A stretch of 64,000 nucleotides of DNA, taken from NCBI GenBank assembly GCA_025361885.1, contig JANYJF010000008.1, positions 99,263-163,262 on the forward strand, in the 5' to 3' direction. Shown piece by piece: positions 55,726 through 64,000 of the stretch. The notes beneath the pieces are model-generated. The model saw only the letters and a program-made list of their open reading frames with translations, was not told the DNA's origin and did no database searches. The stretch's first letter is position 1; each line of letters begins with the position of its first letter. Made by a program: the position numbers and the translations under genes. This DNA comes from Coriobacteriia bacterium. GTDB taxonomy: Bacteria; Actinomycetota; Coriobacteriia; Anaerosomatales; PALSA-660.

Positions 55726-56850
55726 CTAGTCCGTCTCAACGCGCTCCGGATGCGGACGCCACACGGTCACGGCGTCACCTCCGGCGCACCCGGCCTCCAC
55801 GCAGCGCAACGCTCGCACCAGTGTCGTCGGGTCCTCCTGCGATTCTCCCACATACAGCGGTGGCGCCACCGTCCCCGCGAAGCCTCCGGCGTGGTACACG
55901 ATGAGCTCGTCGACGGCTCGCGCGTCGAGCATGGCCGTGAGTAGTCGCGGACCAGCCTCGACGAGCAATTCGCCCACGCCTTGCGCGCCCAGGGTACGCA
56001 TCGCGCCCGTCACTCCGTCGGAGATGTCGAAGGCGACCATCTTCGCCCCGGTCCGCACAAGCGCAAGATCGGGTGCGACATGCTCAGGCAGGAGCACGGC
56101 CACGGCCCCAATGCCGTCGTGGAACAGCCGCGCGGTCGCAGGCGGCTGGATCGTGCGTGCGAGCACCACCCGCAACGGCTGCCTGTCCTCCGGCGTTCCG
56201 TCCGGCGCGCGCACGGTGAGCGACGGGTCGTCGATCGCGACGGTCCCGGCACCGACCATGACCGCATCGGCGTGCGCCCTCATACGCATCGTCAGCGAAC
56301 GCGCTTCCTCGCCCGTGAGCTGGGATCGGGCGCCTTCGGCCAGCCCCGGATGACCGTCCAAGGTGACAGCGGTCTTGACACGCACGAAGGGCATCCCGGT
56401 GGCGGTGAGATGCAGCCACGACTCGTTGGCGTCGAGGAACGGCGCGGGATCCTGCGCGAACTCGACCTCCACACCGCCGGCGCGCAAGGTGTCCGCGCCT
56501 CCGCTGGCAAGCGGGCTCGGGTCGTGCATACCGCACACGACTCGCGAGACGCCGGCGCGCAGCAGCGCCTGCGAACAAGGAGGGGTCCGCCCGGTGTGGT
56601 CGCACGGCTCGAGCGTGACGTACGCGGTCGCACCGCGCGCGGAATCACCGGCGGCGGCGAGCGCCACCACTTCCGCGTGAGGACCGCCCGCACACGCGTG
56701 CCACCCTTCGCCGACAACCACGCCGCCGCGCACGATCACGCAACCGACGACCGGGTTGGGAGAGGTCGTGCCACGGCCCATCTCAGCGAGCGCGAGCGCT
56801 CGTGCGAGATGAGGGTCGGACACGGGAGAGACGTCGCCGAAGAGGCGCAC
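55726..56850 (-). CDS. ribD: bifunctional riboflavin biosynthesis deaminase/reductase
   Basis: HAEVVAL and TLEPCDHTGRTPPC deaminase zinc motifs, plus a reductase C-domain. GTG start 11 nt after GGAAGG. Confidence 0.9.
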   Translation of the reverse strand: MRLFGDVSPVSDPHLARALALAEMGRGTTSPNPVVGCVIVRGGVVVGEGWHACAGGPHAEVVALAAAGDSARGATAYVTLEPCDHTGRTPPCSQALLRAGVSRVVCGMHDPSPLASGGADTLRAGGVEVEFAQDPAPFLDANESWLHLTATGMPFVRVKTAVTLDGHPGLAEGARSQLTGEEARSLTMRMRAHADAVMVGAGTVAIDDPSLTVRAPDGTPEDRQPLRVVLARTIQPPATARLFHDGIGAVAVLLPEHVAPDLALVRTGAKMVAFDISDGVTGAMRTLGAQGVGELLVEAGPRLLTAMLDARAVDELIVYHAGGFAGTVAPPLYVGESQEDPTTLVRALRCVEAGCAGGDAVTVWRPHPERVETD

Positions 56851-56860
56851 GCTTGCTCGA

Positions 56861-56980
56861 CCTTCCTTCTACCATCCGGACTGTAACCGTCGGCCCCGGA
56901 GTCTCACCGGATCTGCGCTTGCGCGCTCGCGGGCTGTCACCGCCGGTGGGGAGTCGCACCCCGCCCTGAAGAAAGCGTCG
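56861..56980 (-). promoter_or_regulatory. FMN riboswitch (RFN element)
   Basis: Minus strand reads CUUCAGGGCGGGGUGCGACUCCCCACCGGCGGUGACAGCCCGCGAGCG...GAUCCGGUGAGACUCCGGGGCCGACGGUUACAGUCCGGAUGGUAGAAGGAAGG. The 3' strand contains the ribD SD. Confidence 0.9.
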
Positions 56981-56982
56981 TG

Positions 56983-56991
56983 ATTGTAGCA
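56983..56991 (-). promoter_or_regulatory. extended -10 promoter (TGCTACAAT) of the rib operon
   Basis: TGn-TACAAT on the minus strand, immediately upstream of the RFN element. Confidence 0.5.
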
Positions 56992-57004
56992 TACGGTCGC
57001 GGCT

Positions 57005-57034
57005 GAGTGAGGACCCGGAGGCGAGTCCTCACTC
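57005..57034 (-). terminator. 10-bp hairpin overlapping the stop of the Cys-rich gene
   Basis: GAGUGAGGAC-N10-GUCCUCACUC with no U-tract. Separates the upstream operon from the rib promoter. Confidence 0.45.
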
Positions 57035-57472
57035 CTCGCCGGCACCCGTGGGCCACAGCTGGCAGACGTAGGTGCCGCAGATGGGTGCCCGGAATGCGCG
57101 GGGCAGCAGGCAGCCGGTCTCGGGATGACAGAACTGGCACTTCCGGACGTCGACCCAGTCCGGCAACGTTGCGCGGTATGCCTCGCCCTCGGGTGTCGGC
57201 AGGTAACTGATGCGAGGATCGTGCAGGGGCTCGATCCCGGCCGCTCCCGCAGCGTACCGATCGCCATCGGCCTCGAGAGCGCCGCTCGCCGTCAGCAGAC
57301 CGATCCAGTGCTCGATGTACTGCGGCAACCAGCCTTCGCCGGTGTAGGTCCCGTTCTCATCGTTGGCGAGGTACAGGCAGCAGCACAGGCCGCCGCACTC
57401 TTCGCAGACACAGTCGTCCCGGTCGTTGGGATGACCGGTGGCGGGAGGCGCGGAGAGTGCGGCTCGCTCCAC
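57029..57472 (-). CDS. cysteine-cluster protein, YkgJ/UPF0153-like
   Basis: CVCEECGGLCCC near the N-terminus (CxxCGxxCC, close to the YkgJ CxxCGxCC). Further Cys at CQFCHPETGC and CGTYVC. GTG start 4 nt after the rpe stop. Confidence 0.6.
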   Translation of the reverse strand: MERAALSAPPATGHPNDRDDCVCEECGGLCCCLYLANDENGTYTGEGWLPQYIEHWIGLLTASGALEADGDRYAAGAAGIEPLHDPRISYLPTPEGEAYRATLPDWVDVRKCQFCHPETGCLLPRAFRAPICGTYVCQLWPTGAGEE

Positions 57473-57475
57473 CCG

Positions 57476-58165
57476 CTACACCTGCGCGCGCAGGGCGCTC
57501 TCGCGGATGGCGGCGATGGCGGCGGCGGGATCCTCGGAGCAGAACACGGCGTTGCCCGCCACAAGAACACGGGCACCCGCACCTGCGACCAGTGGGGCGG
57601 TGCTCGAGTTCATGCCGCCGTCCACCTCGATCAGCACGTCGGCCCCCGCGAGCCGCGCCATCTCGGCGACATCCGCCACCTTACCCACGGAACCGGGGAT
57701 GAACGACTGGCCACCGAAACCCGGGTTCACACTCATCACGAGCACCATGTCGAGCTCGCGGATGATGTCGTGCAGCACCGAGACCGGCGTCGCCGGGTTC
57801 AGTGCCACGCCCGCTTTGGCGCCCGCGCCGCGGATCGCCTGCACCACGCGGTGCAGATGGCGGCAGGCCTCGGCGTGCACCGTGACGTAGTCAGCGCCGG
57901 CCTCCAGGTACCACCCCACCGTTTCGTCAGCGTTCGAGATCATCAGGTGGACGTCGAGCGGCACGCCGGCGACTCGCTTGAGCGCCCGGATGACAGGAGG
58001 CCCGAACGTCAGGTTGGGCACGAATACCCCGTCCATGACGTCGACGTGCACAAGGTCCGCCCCTGCTGCCTCGACCTCGACGACCGCCTCGGCTAGCCGG
58101 GTGAAGTCGGCGGACAGGATCGACGGTGCAATCAGGATGTCGCGCACGGCATACTCCCCTGCCAC
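57476..58165 (-). CDS. rpe: ribulose-phosphate 3-epimerase
   Basis: IAPSILSADF, HVDVMDG and MSVNPGFGGQ motifs. Start may be GTG 58147. Confidence 0.92.
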   Translation of the reverse strand: MAGEYAVRDILIAPSILSADFTRLAEAVVEVEAAGADLVHVDVMDGVFVPNLTFGPPVIRALKRVAGVPLDVHLMISNADETVGWYLEAGADYVTVHAEACRHLHRVVQAIRGAGAKAGVALNPATPVSVLHDIIRELDMVLVMSVNPGFGGQSFIPGSVGKVADVAEMARLAGADVLIEVDGGMNSSTAPLVAGAGARVLVAGNAVFCSEDPAAAIAAIRESALRAQV

Positions 58166-58167
58166 TT

Positions 58168-59187
58168 TCAGTCGTCGACCAGACCCATCCCGTGCAGTTC
58201 GTCCGTGGCCGGGCGACCCATGAGCGCCTCGCCAGCGTCCGCAGGTGACAGCCCGTCGTGCACGATGGCACGGACATAGTGCGTCAGCGGCAGCTCGATG
58301 CCGACGCTGATCCCCAGATCGTAGACGGTGACCGAGCTCGTCGCGCCCTCCGCGATCATGTGGGTGGTCGCCTCGTACTCGGCGATCGTCCCACCCTTCG
58401 CGATCATCTCGCCCAATCCGCGGTTACGGCTGTGGCGCGAGGTGCAGGTCGCGATGAGGTCGCCCATGCCCGCGAGTCCCATGTACGTCATGGGGTTCGC
58501 GCCGAGAGCGTGACCCAGCCGGCTCATCTCGGCAAGACCGCGGGTCATGACGGTCGCCTTGGTGTTGTCGCCGTAGCCCATGCCGTCGGAGATGCCCGCG
58601 CCAACAGCGATGACGTTCTTGGAAGCTCCGCACAGCTCCACGCCGACGACATCGGGGTTGGTGTAGACGCGGAAGAACGGTGCCATGAACAGGTCGCGGA
58701 ACACGCAGCCGATCGTCTCGTCATACGCCGCGACCACGGTCGCCGACGGGACGCCCTTGGAGACCTCCTCGGCGTGGTTGGGACCCGAGAGTGCGGCCAG
58801 CCGCGAACGGTTGCCCAAGACGTCTTCCAGCACCTGCGTCATGCGCATGTGCGTGCCAGCCTCGACCCCTTTGGAGAGGTTGATTACCGGGACGTCGCCG
58901 CCGAGGTGCTCGGCCATGGAGATGGCGGTGCCGCGAACCCCGTGGCTCGGCGTCACTATGACGACCGCCTGTGCTCCGGCGACAGCCTCCGCGATGTCCG
59001 GGGTCGCTCGCACGTGCGAGGACAGCTCGATATCCTTCAGGTACATCGGGTTGTGGCGCGCAGTGTTGATGCCGTCGGCGATCTCCGGCTCACGAGCCCA
59101 CAGCCCGACGTCGATTCCCTTGCCGCCAAGCAGCCAGGAGACGGCAGTGCCCCACGACCCGGCGCCTATCACCGCCACTTTGCTCAT
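58168..59187 (-). CDS. gpsA: NAD(P)H-dependent glycerol-3-phosphate dehydrogenase
   Basis: VAVIGAGSWGTA Rossmann motif and GASKNVIAVGAG. Confidence 0.92.
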   Translation of the reverse strand: MSKVAVIGAGSWGTAVSWLLGGKGIDVGLWAREPEIADGINTARHNPMYLKDIELSSHVRATPDIAEAVAGAQAVVIVTPSHGVRGTAISMAEHLGGDVPVINLSKGVEAGTHMRMTQVLEDVLGNRSRLAALSGPNHAEEVSKGVPSATVVAAYDETIGCVFRDLFMAPFFRVYTNPDVVGVELCGASKNVIAVGAGISDGMGYGDNTKATVMTRGLAEMSRLGHALGANPMTYMGLAGMGDLIATCTSRHSRNRGLGEMIAKGGTIAEYEATTHMIAEGATSSVTVYDLGISVGIELPLTHYVRAIVHDGLSPADAGEALMGRPATDELHGMGLVDD

Positions 59188-59840
59188 GCTCGCGGGCCCT
59201 TCGCGTAGTCGGACAGCTTGCGGTCTATTCTAGGCTCTTCGCCCCGGAAGATGCGCCGGATGTTGGCGCGGTGCGCCCATGTGACCGAGAGTGCCGCCAC
59301 GATCGCGAACAGCACAAACGCCAGCCTCTCGCGGTAGAGCAGCAATACGAGTACGGGATACTCGAGGGCGACGACCACGGACGCCACGGACACGATCCGG
59401 AACGCAGCGATCACGCCGATGAAGGACGGCAGCAGGACGATGAACGCCAGTGGCTGCAGCACGATGATGACACCGGCGGCGGTCGCGACACCCTTCCCGC
59501 CACGAAGTCCGCGGTACGGCGAGTACATGTGCCCCAGCACGGCCGCCATGCCCGCGGCGATGGCGAACCAATCGGCCCACTCGACACCCCACTTGGGGTC
59601 GGCGAGCCAGATGGCCACCAGTGTCGGGACCGCACCCTTCGCGATGTCCAGGAGAGCGGAGGGAACCGCCGCCTTCCACCCGAGCACCCGGTAGACGTTC
59701 GTGGCCCCCGTGTTGCCGCTCCCCACCGTGGAGATGTCGACGCCGAAGAACCGCCGGCCGATCATGACGCCGAACGGGATGCCGCCGAGCAGATACGCCA
59801 CGGCGATGACGCCCACGACTCGAAGCAGAGTCAGCGCCAC
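59184..59840 (-). CDS. plsY: glycerol-3-phosphate acyltransferase PlsY
   Basis: GSGNTGATNV and GGKGVATAAG motifs. Multi-pass membrane protein. Confidence 0.9.
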   Translation of the reverse strand: MALTLLRVVGVIAVAYLLGGIPFGVMIGRRFFGVDISTVGSGNTGATNVYRVLGWKAAVPSALLDIAKGAVPTLVAIWLADPKWGVEWADWFAIAAGMAAVLGHMYSPYRGLRGGKGVATAAGVIIVLQPLAFIVLLPSFIGVIAAFRIVSVASVVVALEYPVLVLLLYRERLAFVLFAIVAALSVTWAHRANIRRIFRGEEPRIDRKLSDYAKGPRA

Positions 59841-59847
59841 CTTCTCG

Positions 59848-61152
59848 TCAGCCCTTCTGCCGGAATTTGAGCATCACCGGCGTACCGGTCAAGTCGAACG
59901 TCTCGCGCATCCGGTTCTCCAGATACCGCTGGAAGTTGTCGTCCGCCAGGCGCGGGTGATTGGCGAAGAACTGGAAGCGTGGCGGCTTGATGCCGGTCTG
60001 CGTGCCGTACTGCACCCTCAGCGTGGCGCCCTGCTTCGACACGGTGTGCCCGATCGACCGGATCTCCGTGAGGAACTTGTTGACCTGGCTCGTGGGGATC
60101 TCTCGCGTGTAGGCGGCATAGACGGTGTCGATGGCCGCGTACACCTTGTCCACGTTGCGACCCGTGAGCGCTGAGATGCGCAAGATAGGCGCGTACCCGA
60201 TGAAGCCCAGCTTGCGAGGAAGGTCGTCCTCGATGTCCAGACGCTGGTCCTCGCCCACGAGGTCCCACTTGTTGAGCAGCACAACAATCGAGCAACCGCG
60301 CTCTTCAGCGAACCGGGCGACCCGCTGGTCGCCGTCCGTGATGCCCTTCGATGCGTCGATCAGCAGCAGCGCCACGTCCGCGCGGTCGATGGCTCGCATA
60401 GCGCGCACGAAGCTGTAGTACTCGACGGATTCGTCGATCTGTGACTTGCGACGCAGCCCCGCTGTGTCCACGAGGCGGTAGAGCACGCCTTCGCGCTCCA
60501 CCAGCGTGTCTATGGAGTCGCGCGTGGTGCCCGGCACGGGAGAGACGATCGTTCGCTCGCGTCCCGCCAGCCGGTTGAACAAAGAGGACTTGCCCGCGTT
60601 CGGCTTGCCTATGAAGGCGACACCGATGCCCGTCTGCTCCTCCTCGGCCTCGGTCGGCGGAAGGGCCGCCACGACCGCGTCGAGCAGGTCTCCGGTGCCG
60701 TGACCATGCATGGACGATATCGGCCACGGCTGCTCCAGCCCGAGCTTCCAGAAGTCGTGGATGGCGAGCTCGTTGTTAGGCGTGTCCAGCTTGTTCACGA
60801 GCAGGAACGCCGGCTTGTGGCTGCGCTTGAGGACCTTGGCGACATCCTCGTCGCCGGTCAGCACGCCCGTGGAGCCGTCGACCATGAACAAGACGATGTC
60901 GGCTTCCTCGGCTGCCATGATGGCCTGCTTGCGGATGGACTCGCCGAACGCGTCGTCGGTGGTCATCTCGATGCCGCCGGTGTCGATGAGCATAAACTCG
61001 ACGCCGTTCCAGTCAGCCTTGTGATACGACCGGTCGCGGGTCACGCCCGGCGCCTCGTGGACGATGGCCTCGTGCGCCTGCGCGATACGGTTCACGAACG
61101 TCGACTTGCCGACGTTGGGGCGGCCGACGACCGCTACGATTGGGAGGCTCAC
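59848..61152 (-). CDS. der: ribosome biogenesis GTPase Der (EngA)
   Basis: Two GTPase domains (GRPNVGKST and GKPNAGKSS) plus a KH-like C-terminus. Confidence 0.93.
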   Translation of the reverse strand: MSLPIVAVVGRPNVGKSTFVNRIAQAHEAIVHEAPGVTRDRSYHKADWNGVEFMLIDTGGIEMTTDDAFGESIRKQAIMAAEEADIVLFMVDGSTGVLTGDEDVAKVLKRSHKPAFLLVNKLDTPNNELAIHDFWKLGLEQPWPISSMHGHGTGDLLDAVVAALPPTEAEEEQTGIGVAFIGKPNAGKSSLFNRLAGRERTIVSPVPGTTRDSIDTLVEREGVLYRLVDTAGLRRKSQIDESVEYYSFVRAMRAIDRADVALLLIDASKGITDGDQRVARFAEERGCSIVVLLNKWDLVGEDQRLDIEDDLPRKLGFIGYAPILRISALTGRNVDKVYAAIDTVYAAYTREIPTSQVNKFLTEIRSIGHTVSKQGATLRVQYGTQTGIKPPRFQFFANHPRLADDNFQRYLENRMRETFDLTGTPVMLKFRQKG

Positions 61153-61173
61153 AGATGGTCCCGCCGATCTGCT

Positions 61174-62538
61174 CTAGGCGTGCTCTCTCAGGTGCCGAAG
61201 GGCGTCGACCAGCCCGACGGCGTCACAGGGTACCACACGGACATCCTTCCCGCTCAGGCGCGAGAGGTCTAAGCCGGCGACGTCATCGAGCATCAGTCCG
61301 TCGGCATTGAGCACGATCTCAGGCACGAAGAACGGCTCCGGCAGGTCCGCGTGTCGCACCGCGGAGACGATGTCGCGACCGCACAGCAGCCCCGCGACGG
61401 AGACGTTCCCACCGAACAGCGCGTTACGCACCACGAGGACCCCAGCGTCCGCGCCGAGATGGGCCAACGACGGGGCGACCCCGCGAAGGACCGGGGCGAA
61501 CAGCTCGCCGGTCACGAGCGTGCAGACGACCGCGGGATCGATCACGTCCCGCTGTCGCGCGGCATCGATGAGAGCGCCGAGCTCGTCCGTGAACGCTCGC
61601 GCCAGACCGATGCCGTTCTCGTACTGGGGGAAGTCGTCGTAGTCGTCCCAGGACGGCAGCTCGCGGCCGGCTGCGAGGTACAGCTCGTCGGCGGCGTACA
61701 CCCAGCGCTCGCCACGCGCGGCGGCCATGCGCGTGCGCCATGGCGCAAGCTGGTCGAGCACGCGAGCGGCCGCGGCGGGCTCCTCGAAGGAGCGGGTGAT
61801 CCGCGACTGGTGGCTGGTGAAGCCCACCGGAACGACGCCGACGGACAGCACACCCGGCCTTGCGCCCAACCATTCCAAGGTACCGTCCAGCACCTCGCCA
61901 TCGTTCTCTCCGGGAACGAGCACGATCTGCACGTGGAGGTCGATCCCCGCCTCCAGCAATGCGTCCGCGAACTCGAGCGTCCGGTCCTCGGCCGTGGGGC
62001 ACACCAAGCGCCGGCGGACGTCAGGGTCGACCGCGTGCAGCGAGACGTACAACGGGCTCAGGCGCTGCTCGACCACGCGCTCGATGTCGTCGTCGCTCAT
62101 GTTCGTGAGCGTGACGAAGTTGCCTGACAGGAAGGAGAGACGGTAGTCGTCGTCGCGGACGTAGAGCGCCGGGCGAAGCCCGGGCGGCAGCTGTGACACG
62201 AAGCAGAAGGCACACGCGTTGTCGCATTCGCGCACGCCGTCGAACACCGTGTCCGCGAAGGAGATCCCGATCGCTTCGTCCCACGAACGCTCGATGCGAA
62301 GGGTCGTGGCCGCACGGGCGTCGCGTGCCGGCAGCACGTGGACGTCGACGACATCCTCGCTCGTCAGCCACTGCCAGTCGATGACGTCGCGAACGGGCTG
62401 CCCGTTGACACGCACGACGATGTCACCGGCCACGATCCCGGCGCGGTCCGCGGGGCCGCCGGCCTCGACCGCCGTGACGCGGCCACCCTCCCCCGCCGCC
62501 GCGACGGCGCGGCCATAGGTCTCAGCAGCCACCGTCAC
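61174..62538 (-). CDS. PDZ + DUF512 protein (radical-SAM-like Cys cluster)
   Basis: N-terminal PDZ (AGIVAGDIVVRVNG) and CDNACAFCFV. Conserved position upstream of der. Confidence 0.75.
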   Translation of the reverse strand: MTVAAETYGRAVAAAGEGGRVTAVEAGGPADRAGIVAGDIVVRVNGQPVRDVIDWQWLTSEDVVDVHVLPARDARAATTLRIERSWDEAIGISFADTVFDGVRECDNACAFCFVSQLPPGLRPALYVRDDDYRLSFLSGNFVTLTNMSDDDIERVVEQRLSPLYVSLHAVDPDVRRRLVCPTAEDRTLEFADALLEAGIDLHVQIVLVPGENDGEVLDGTLEWLGARPGVLSVGVVPVGFTSHQSRITRSFEEPAAAARVLDQLAPWRTRMAAARGERWVYAADELYLAAGRELPSWDDYDDFPQYENGIGLARAFTDELGALIDAARQRDVIDPAVVCTLVTGELFAPVLRGVAPSLAHLGADAGVLVVRNALFGGNVSVAGLLCGRDIVSAVRHADLPEPFFVPEIVLNADGLMLDDVAGLDLSRLSGKDVRVVPCDAVGLVDALRHLREHA

Positions 62539-63367
62539 CCATCGCCTCGATTGCGGCGACCACTCCGGCCATCTGGGCGTCTGGAGTCGAGGCGCCCGCG
62601 GTCACGCCGACGTCGCGCGCGCCATCGAACCACTCCGCCTGGAGCTCGTCAGCGGTCTCCACATGGTGCACGCGCTCGTTGACAGTGCTGCAGATCTCCG
62701 CGAGCCGCGAGGTGTTGCCGGAGTTGTGCCCGCCGACCACCACCACGACGTCGACGTCGCGCGCAAGATCCTCAGCGGCGCGTTGACGTTTGCCCGTGGC
62801 GGAGCAGATCGTGTTGTGCACCTTGAGCTCGCTGACGCGAGGCAACAGCGCGTCCACCACGGCCTGCAGCCGCGAGAGCGACTGGGTGGTCTGGACCACG
62901 ACGCCGATCTTGCGGCTGCCGAGCTTTGCCGGGATGTCGGCCACCTCCTCGACCACGATCGCCCGCCCCTGGGCCCACGCCATGATGCCCTCGACCTCGG
63001 GGTGGTCCGACTCGCCGACGATGATCACCGTGTAGCCGTCCCGGACGAGCTCGGCGGCCGACTGGTGCGCGGTGGACACGAAGGGGCAGGTCGCGTCGAT
63101 GACGTCGAGCCCCTTCTCACGCGCTTGGGCGATGATCGACGGATTCACACCGTGCGAGCGGATTATCAGCGTGCCCTCGGCGGCATCATCCAGGCTCTCG
63201 GCGACCTCGACGCCGCGCTCGGCCATCGCGAGGACGGCCTGCGGGTTGTGGATCAGCGGGCCCAGAGTGTGCACCGTCCGGCCGCTCTCCGTCGCCTCGG
63301 CAGCCAGCTTGAGCGCGCGCTCCACTCCGTAGCAGACGCCCGCGTACTTGGCGACCTTCACTCTCAC
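62522..63367 (-). CDS. ispH: 4-hydroxy-3-methylbut-2-enyl diphosphate reductase
   Basis: AGVCYGVERAL, DATCPFV and HNTICSAT (three Cys ligands). GTGA overlap with plsC. Confidence 0.92.
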   Translation of the reverse strand: MRVKVAKYAGVCYGVERALKLAAEATESGRTVHTLGPLIHNPQAVLAMAERGVEVAESLDDAAEGTLIIRSHGVNPSIIAQAREKGLDVIDATCPFVSTAHQSAAELVRDGYTVIIVGESDHPEVEGIMAWAQGRAIVVEEVADIPAKLGSRKIGVVVQTTQSLSRLQAVVDALLPRVSELKVHNTICSATGKRQRAAEDLARDVDVVVVVGGHNSGNTSRLAEICSTVNERVHHVETADELQAEWFDGARDVGVTAGASTPDAQMAGVVAAIEAMGDGGC

Positions 63368-64000
63368 GCTCGGCCTCCTTCCCGGATCGCTTCGCCTTCG
63401 CGCCGGGCGCCCTCGATGCGGGCCATGATCTCGGCGGTGATCGAATCGACTCGCTGTCTGCGGCTTCCGTCGGCGAAGTCCCTGGTGTCCACCGGCTCGC
63501 CCATCACGATCACGACCTTCGGGAAATGCAAGAAGCGTACCTCTTCAGGCCTGATGAGGTCCGTGCCGGCGATGCCGACCGGGACGATCACGGCGTCAGC
63601 ACGCAGCCCGATGAGCGCGGCTCCGCCTTGCCCTTCGCCCTGACCTTCGTGATGACGCGTGCCCTCGGGGAAGATGCCGATCCACTCGCCGGACTCCAGC
63701 AGGCGCGTCGCGGTGCCGATCGCGGTGCGGTCAGGGGTGCCCCGCACCACGGGGAAGGCTCCGACGCTGTACAGGAGCCAGCGAAAGAAGAGGTTCCTGT
63801 CGTACAGGTCGGACCTGGCCATGAAATGCATCGGCTTCCAGAAGCCCTCGGCGAGCATCACCGGATCGCCGTACGACTCGTGGTTGCCGGCGAAGATCAC
63901 GGCGCGGTCGAGCGGCACGCGTTCGCGATGTACGTAGCGGATCCGGAACAGCCAGTTGAGGAGAGGCCGCATCACGATCCAGAAGAAGTGGTACGTCTTG
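63364..64000 (-). CDS. plsC: 1-acyl-sn-glycerol-3-phosphate acyltransferase, 5' end outside the window
   Basis: NHESYGDP (HX4D) and FPEGTR motifs. The reading frame stays open to the window edge. Confidence 0.8.
   Translation of the reverse strand, partial: KTYHFFWIVMRPLLNWLFRIRYVHRERVPLDRAVIFAGNHESYGDPVMLAEGFWKPMHFMARSDLYDRNLFFRWLLYSVGAFPVVRGTPDRTAIGTATRLLESGEWIGIFPEGTRHHEGQGEGQGGAALIGLRADAVIVPVGIAGTDLIRPEEVRFLHFPKVVIVMGEPVDTRDFADGSRRQRVDSITAEIMARIEGARREGEAIREGGRA

Overview
High-GC, Gram-positive-type chromosomal segment. Gene order suggests an anaerobic Actinomycetota lineage, possibly Coriobacteriia-like; this is a guess from synteny, not a search result. Nearly all genes lie on the minus strand, tightly packed with many 1-4 nt start/stop overlaps. 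I saw no transposase, integrase, CRISPR or phage genes. Content, left to right: (1) a FAS-II/phospholipid cluster (fabG-fabD-fabK-fabH-plsX) with an ADP-forming acetyl-CoA synthetase and a Pta-N-terminal-like protein inserted before rpmF/yceD; (2) coaD-rsmD-recG-degV-DAK2-asp23, then rpmB; (3) a GAF/HD-GYP protein, then thiT-thiN behind a probable TPP riboswitch; (4) an M23 peptidase next to a PASTA/degenerate-amidase protein, then glpX; (5) rsmB-fmt-def-priA, then metK behind a SAM-I riboswitch; (6) gltX-tRNA-Gln-tRNA-Glu-RNase P RNA; (7) an orphan ChlI/ChlD-type AAA+/vWA protein coupled to a hyper-acidic Cys-tailed protein; (8) a DNA-damage cluster (DEDD/GIY-YIG nuclease, nfo, dinB, and a LexA-box-controlled small protein plus dnaE2); (9) a dtxR-family regulator; (10) queD-rnhA-Zn ribbon-nif3-PHP phosphatase-mnmA-iscU-nifS-rrf2; (11) a riboflavin operon behind an FMN riboswitch; (12) rpe-gpsA-plsY-der-DUF512-ispH-plsC. 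Best novelty candidate: an ORF-free gap at 44.5-45.2 kb holding two tandem paralogous ~172-nt structured RNAs. Each has its own TTGACC-17-TATCGT promoter, and the two copies show compensatory base-pair changes. They are transcribed divergently from the dtxR-family gene, and I could not assign them to a known RNA class. All calls come from reading the sequence and ORF translations; no database search was possible.
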